Shown here: one piece after another, positions 48,186 to 50,290 of the stretch
How positions within the stretch are numbered: position 1 is the first letter of the stretch
Layout: each line of letters begins with the position of its first letter
Assembly (NCBI RefSeq): GCF_006345805.1
Contig: NW_021834555.1
Span: 1 to 50,290, forward strand
From: Octopus sinensis
Lineage: Eukaryota
DNA length: 50,290 bases
Direction of reading: 5' to 3'
Position numbers and translations under genes: made by a program
Notes under the pieces: model-generated
Databases searched by the model: none
What the model was told of the DNA's origin: nothing
The model's input: the letters and a program-made list of their open reading frames with translations, nothing else

Positions 48186-48653
48186 GTAAATCTGTACTGA
48201 AACAGATTGAACGCGAAAGAATTGTGCTAGAATGGTTTCTGTATAAGAACAGATATCTAATACTTGGAGAAACTATTTAGCTGAATAGTAGACAACAATG
48301 AACAAGGCAAAGATAAAGATGGTGGCCGCTTGTTTTATATAATGACTCCGCTGTTGATTAGAGTTACAAGGAAACTGGCGTGTGGAATTTACAAGCGCTA
48401 AAAATATATTTTATTCATTATAGGCCTTCTTTTATGCTTCGTAGTTTGGTTTTTTTTTTTCTTTTTCTTTTTCCTCCTCTTTCTGCGTTTGGCTGTGTAA
48501 TGTTAAGATTGTCAGGGAAATATGTAAATAACTGACCGAATAAAAATAGCTTTATGTGTGTGGGGTAACAATGTATAGACTGTGTTGTCAGTCATTTCGT
48601 TCTCCTTCTGGTCGTAATTATGTCCGAAATAGGTTTCGCTTGACCATTCACTA

Positions 48654-48792
<139 letters not shown>

Positions 48793-49874
48793 GTTGAGGT
48801 ACTACTATTCGTAGATACCAACACGCTAAGAGGGACCAATGCGGTCAAAACTACTAAAAATAAACAAAATTTTACCGATGCAAAACTTCAAAACACATCA
48901 TTTTAAAAAGAATTCAGTTACATATCACATGTGATTTTCGCATATATATATATATATATATATATTGTGCGTGTGTGTGTGTGTGTGTATGCATGTATAT
49001 ATATATGTATATATATATATATATATATATAATGTGTGTATATATATACGTATATATATATATATGTATATATATATATAATATATAATTATATATATAT
49101 TGTATATATATATATGTATAGGTATATAGTATGTATATATATATATATATATATATTATATATGTATATATGTATGATGTTATATATATATTATGTATGT
49201 ATATGTATGTGGTATATATATGTAAGTATATATATATATCTCGCTGTTTGAATATAATGTATTTTTATCTTTGTGTGCGTGTGTGTGCACGTGTGAGTGT
49301 GTGTATGTGTGTGTGAGTGTGTGTGTGTGTGTGTGTATACGCACACACACAAATGGTTTAGTCTGGTCTATGAAACCGCATGGCCTATTGCTTATGGGTA
49401 CTGACTGGCTTCCCGATCGGATGGTTATGTGTTTCATTCCTAAACCAGGTGGCGTGCGGTGCCCAAAACACTTCATTTCACCCTGTTCCAACTATTTAAC
49501 AGAAAATGAGCGCCAGTCTTGTCATGGCGCCACTTTCTCTCCTCCGACTACGTTGTCGCTATGAATAAATTCGCTGCAGTCAAAATGCAGGGCTTTCGGA
49601 ATTTTCTATTAATAAATTGATATTCAAAAAGAGTCTATTTATAACATGGAGATTTATAGACGCAAAGAACGCTTACTTGATCTTACCATGTTTCGTCTGA
49701 ATTCCATTGAATCTGGTTGTAATTCGTTTTATTACTATCTTTATAAAACCTGCGATCTTCTTGTACTGGTTTCTTTAATATTATATGTTTATACACCCCA
49801 CTGCTGAACAGACTTCCTTGTTTCTATTCTACATACACGAAATATTTTTAGAATAGCTAAATCTTAACTACTTC

Positions 49875-50197
49875 ACATAATGAACATAACAATAATATTG
49901 CATAATCATAATAAAGCAATAAGATTACATAAATAAAAACAATCTGACCCATTAATATTACGCAATAAACATACTCAACACTCACTAAACATAACATAAA
50001 CATTACATAAAACATTATTCAATAAACACTACTTAAACATGATATAGCAGTAAACACAACAAATACTACATGCCAAATATTACGTAATAAACATAATATA
50101 ACTCTAAATATTACATAAAATAATAAACATTGCAGTGTAAACATTACATAATAGATATAAACATACATTGTATAAACACTGCATAAATAAACATAAG
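49875..50197. repeat. Degenerate A/C-rich short-period tandem repeat
   Basis: Recurrent taaacat/attacata words; G strongly depleted on the plus strand. Confidence 0.7.
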
Positions 50198-50201
50198 AAG
50201 T

Positions 50202-50290
50202 GAGGGCGCGTGGCTTAGTGGTTAGGGGCATTCGGCTCATGATCGTAAGGTTGTGAGTTCGATTCCCGGCAACGCGTTGTGTCCTTGAGC
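50202..50290 (+). mobile_element. tRNA-derived SINE head, cut by the window end
   Basis: A-box 'tggcttagtggttagg', B-box 'gagttcgattccc', then CORE-like 'gttgtgtccttgagc'. Confidence 0.8.

Noticed and set aside
49670-49720. Minus-strand GACGAAACATGGTAAG as a hammerhead 3' half
   Set aside because: No upstream CTGANGA-like core or pairing stem I was found.

Overview
AT-rich, repeat-dense eukaryotic genomic DNA with no prokaryotic features. The interspersed repeats look like Octopus (coleoid cephalopod) tRNA-derived SINE families; this is recognition from memory, not a database search. Most of the window is microsatellite ((CA)n, (TA)n, (TATG)n, (TATC)n, (AAT)n, (GA)n, (CTT)n) plus SINEs, several DNA-transposon MITEs with visible TIRs/TSDs, an RTE-LINE relic and a Penelope-like (GIY-YIG) relic. 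Nearly all ORFs in the supplied track are microsatellite read-throughs. Gene evidence is limited: one convincing plus-strand transmembrane exon (40614-40726), a possible signal-peptide exon or microprotein on the minus strand (33477 downward) and several weak small-exon candidates. No gene can be named. The most interesting signal is a set of type I minimal hammerhead-ribozyme motifs. Two retain the catalytic core, at 47170-47257 (+) and 47502-47549 (-); several more are degenerate. Three sit inside short inverted-repeat boxes, suggesting small non-autonomous Penelope-derived ribozyme elements. There are also three long fold-back hairpins and a 28-bp A/B higher-order minisatellite. SINE boundaries are approximate.
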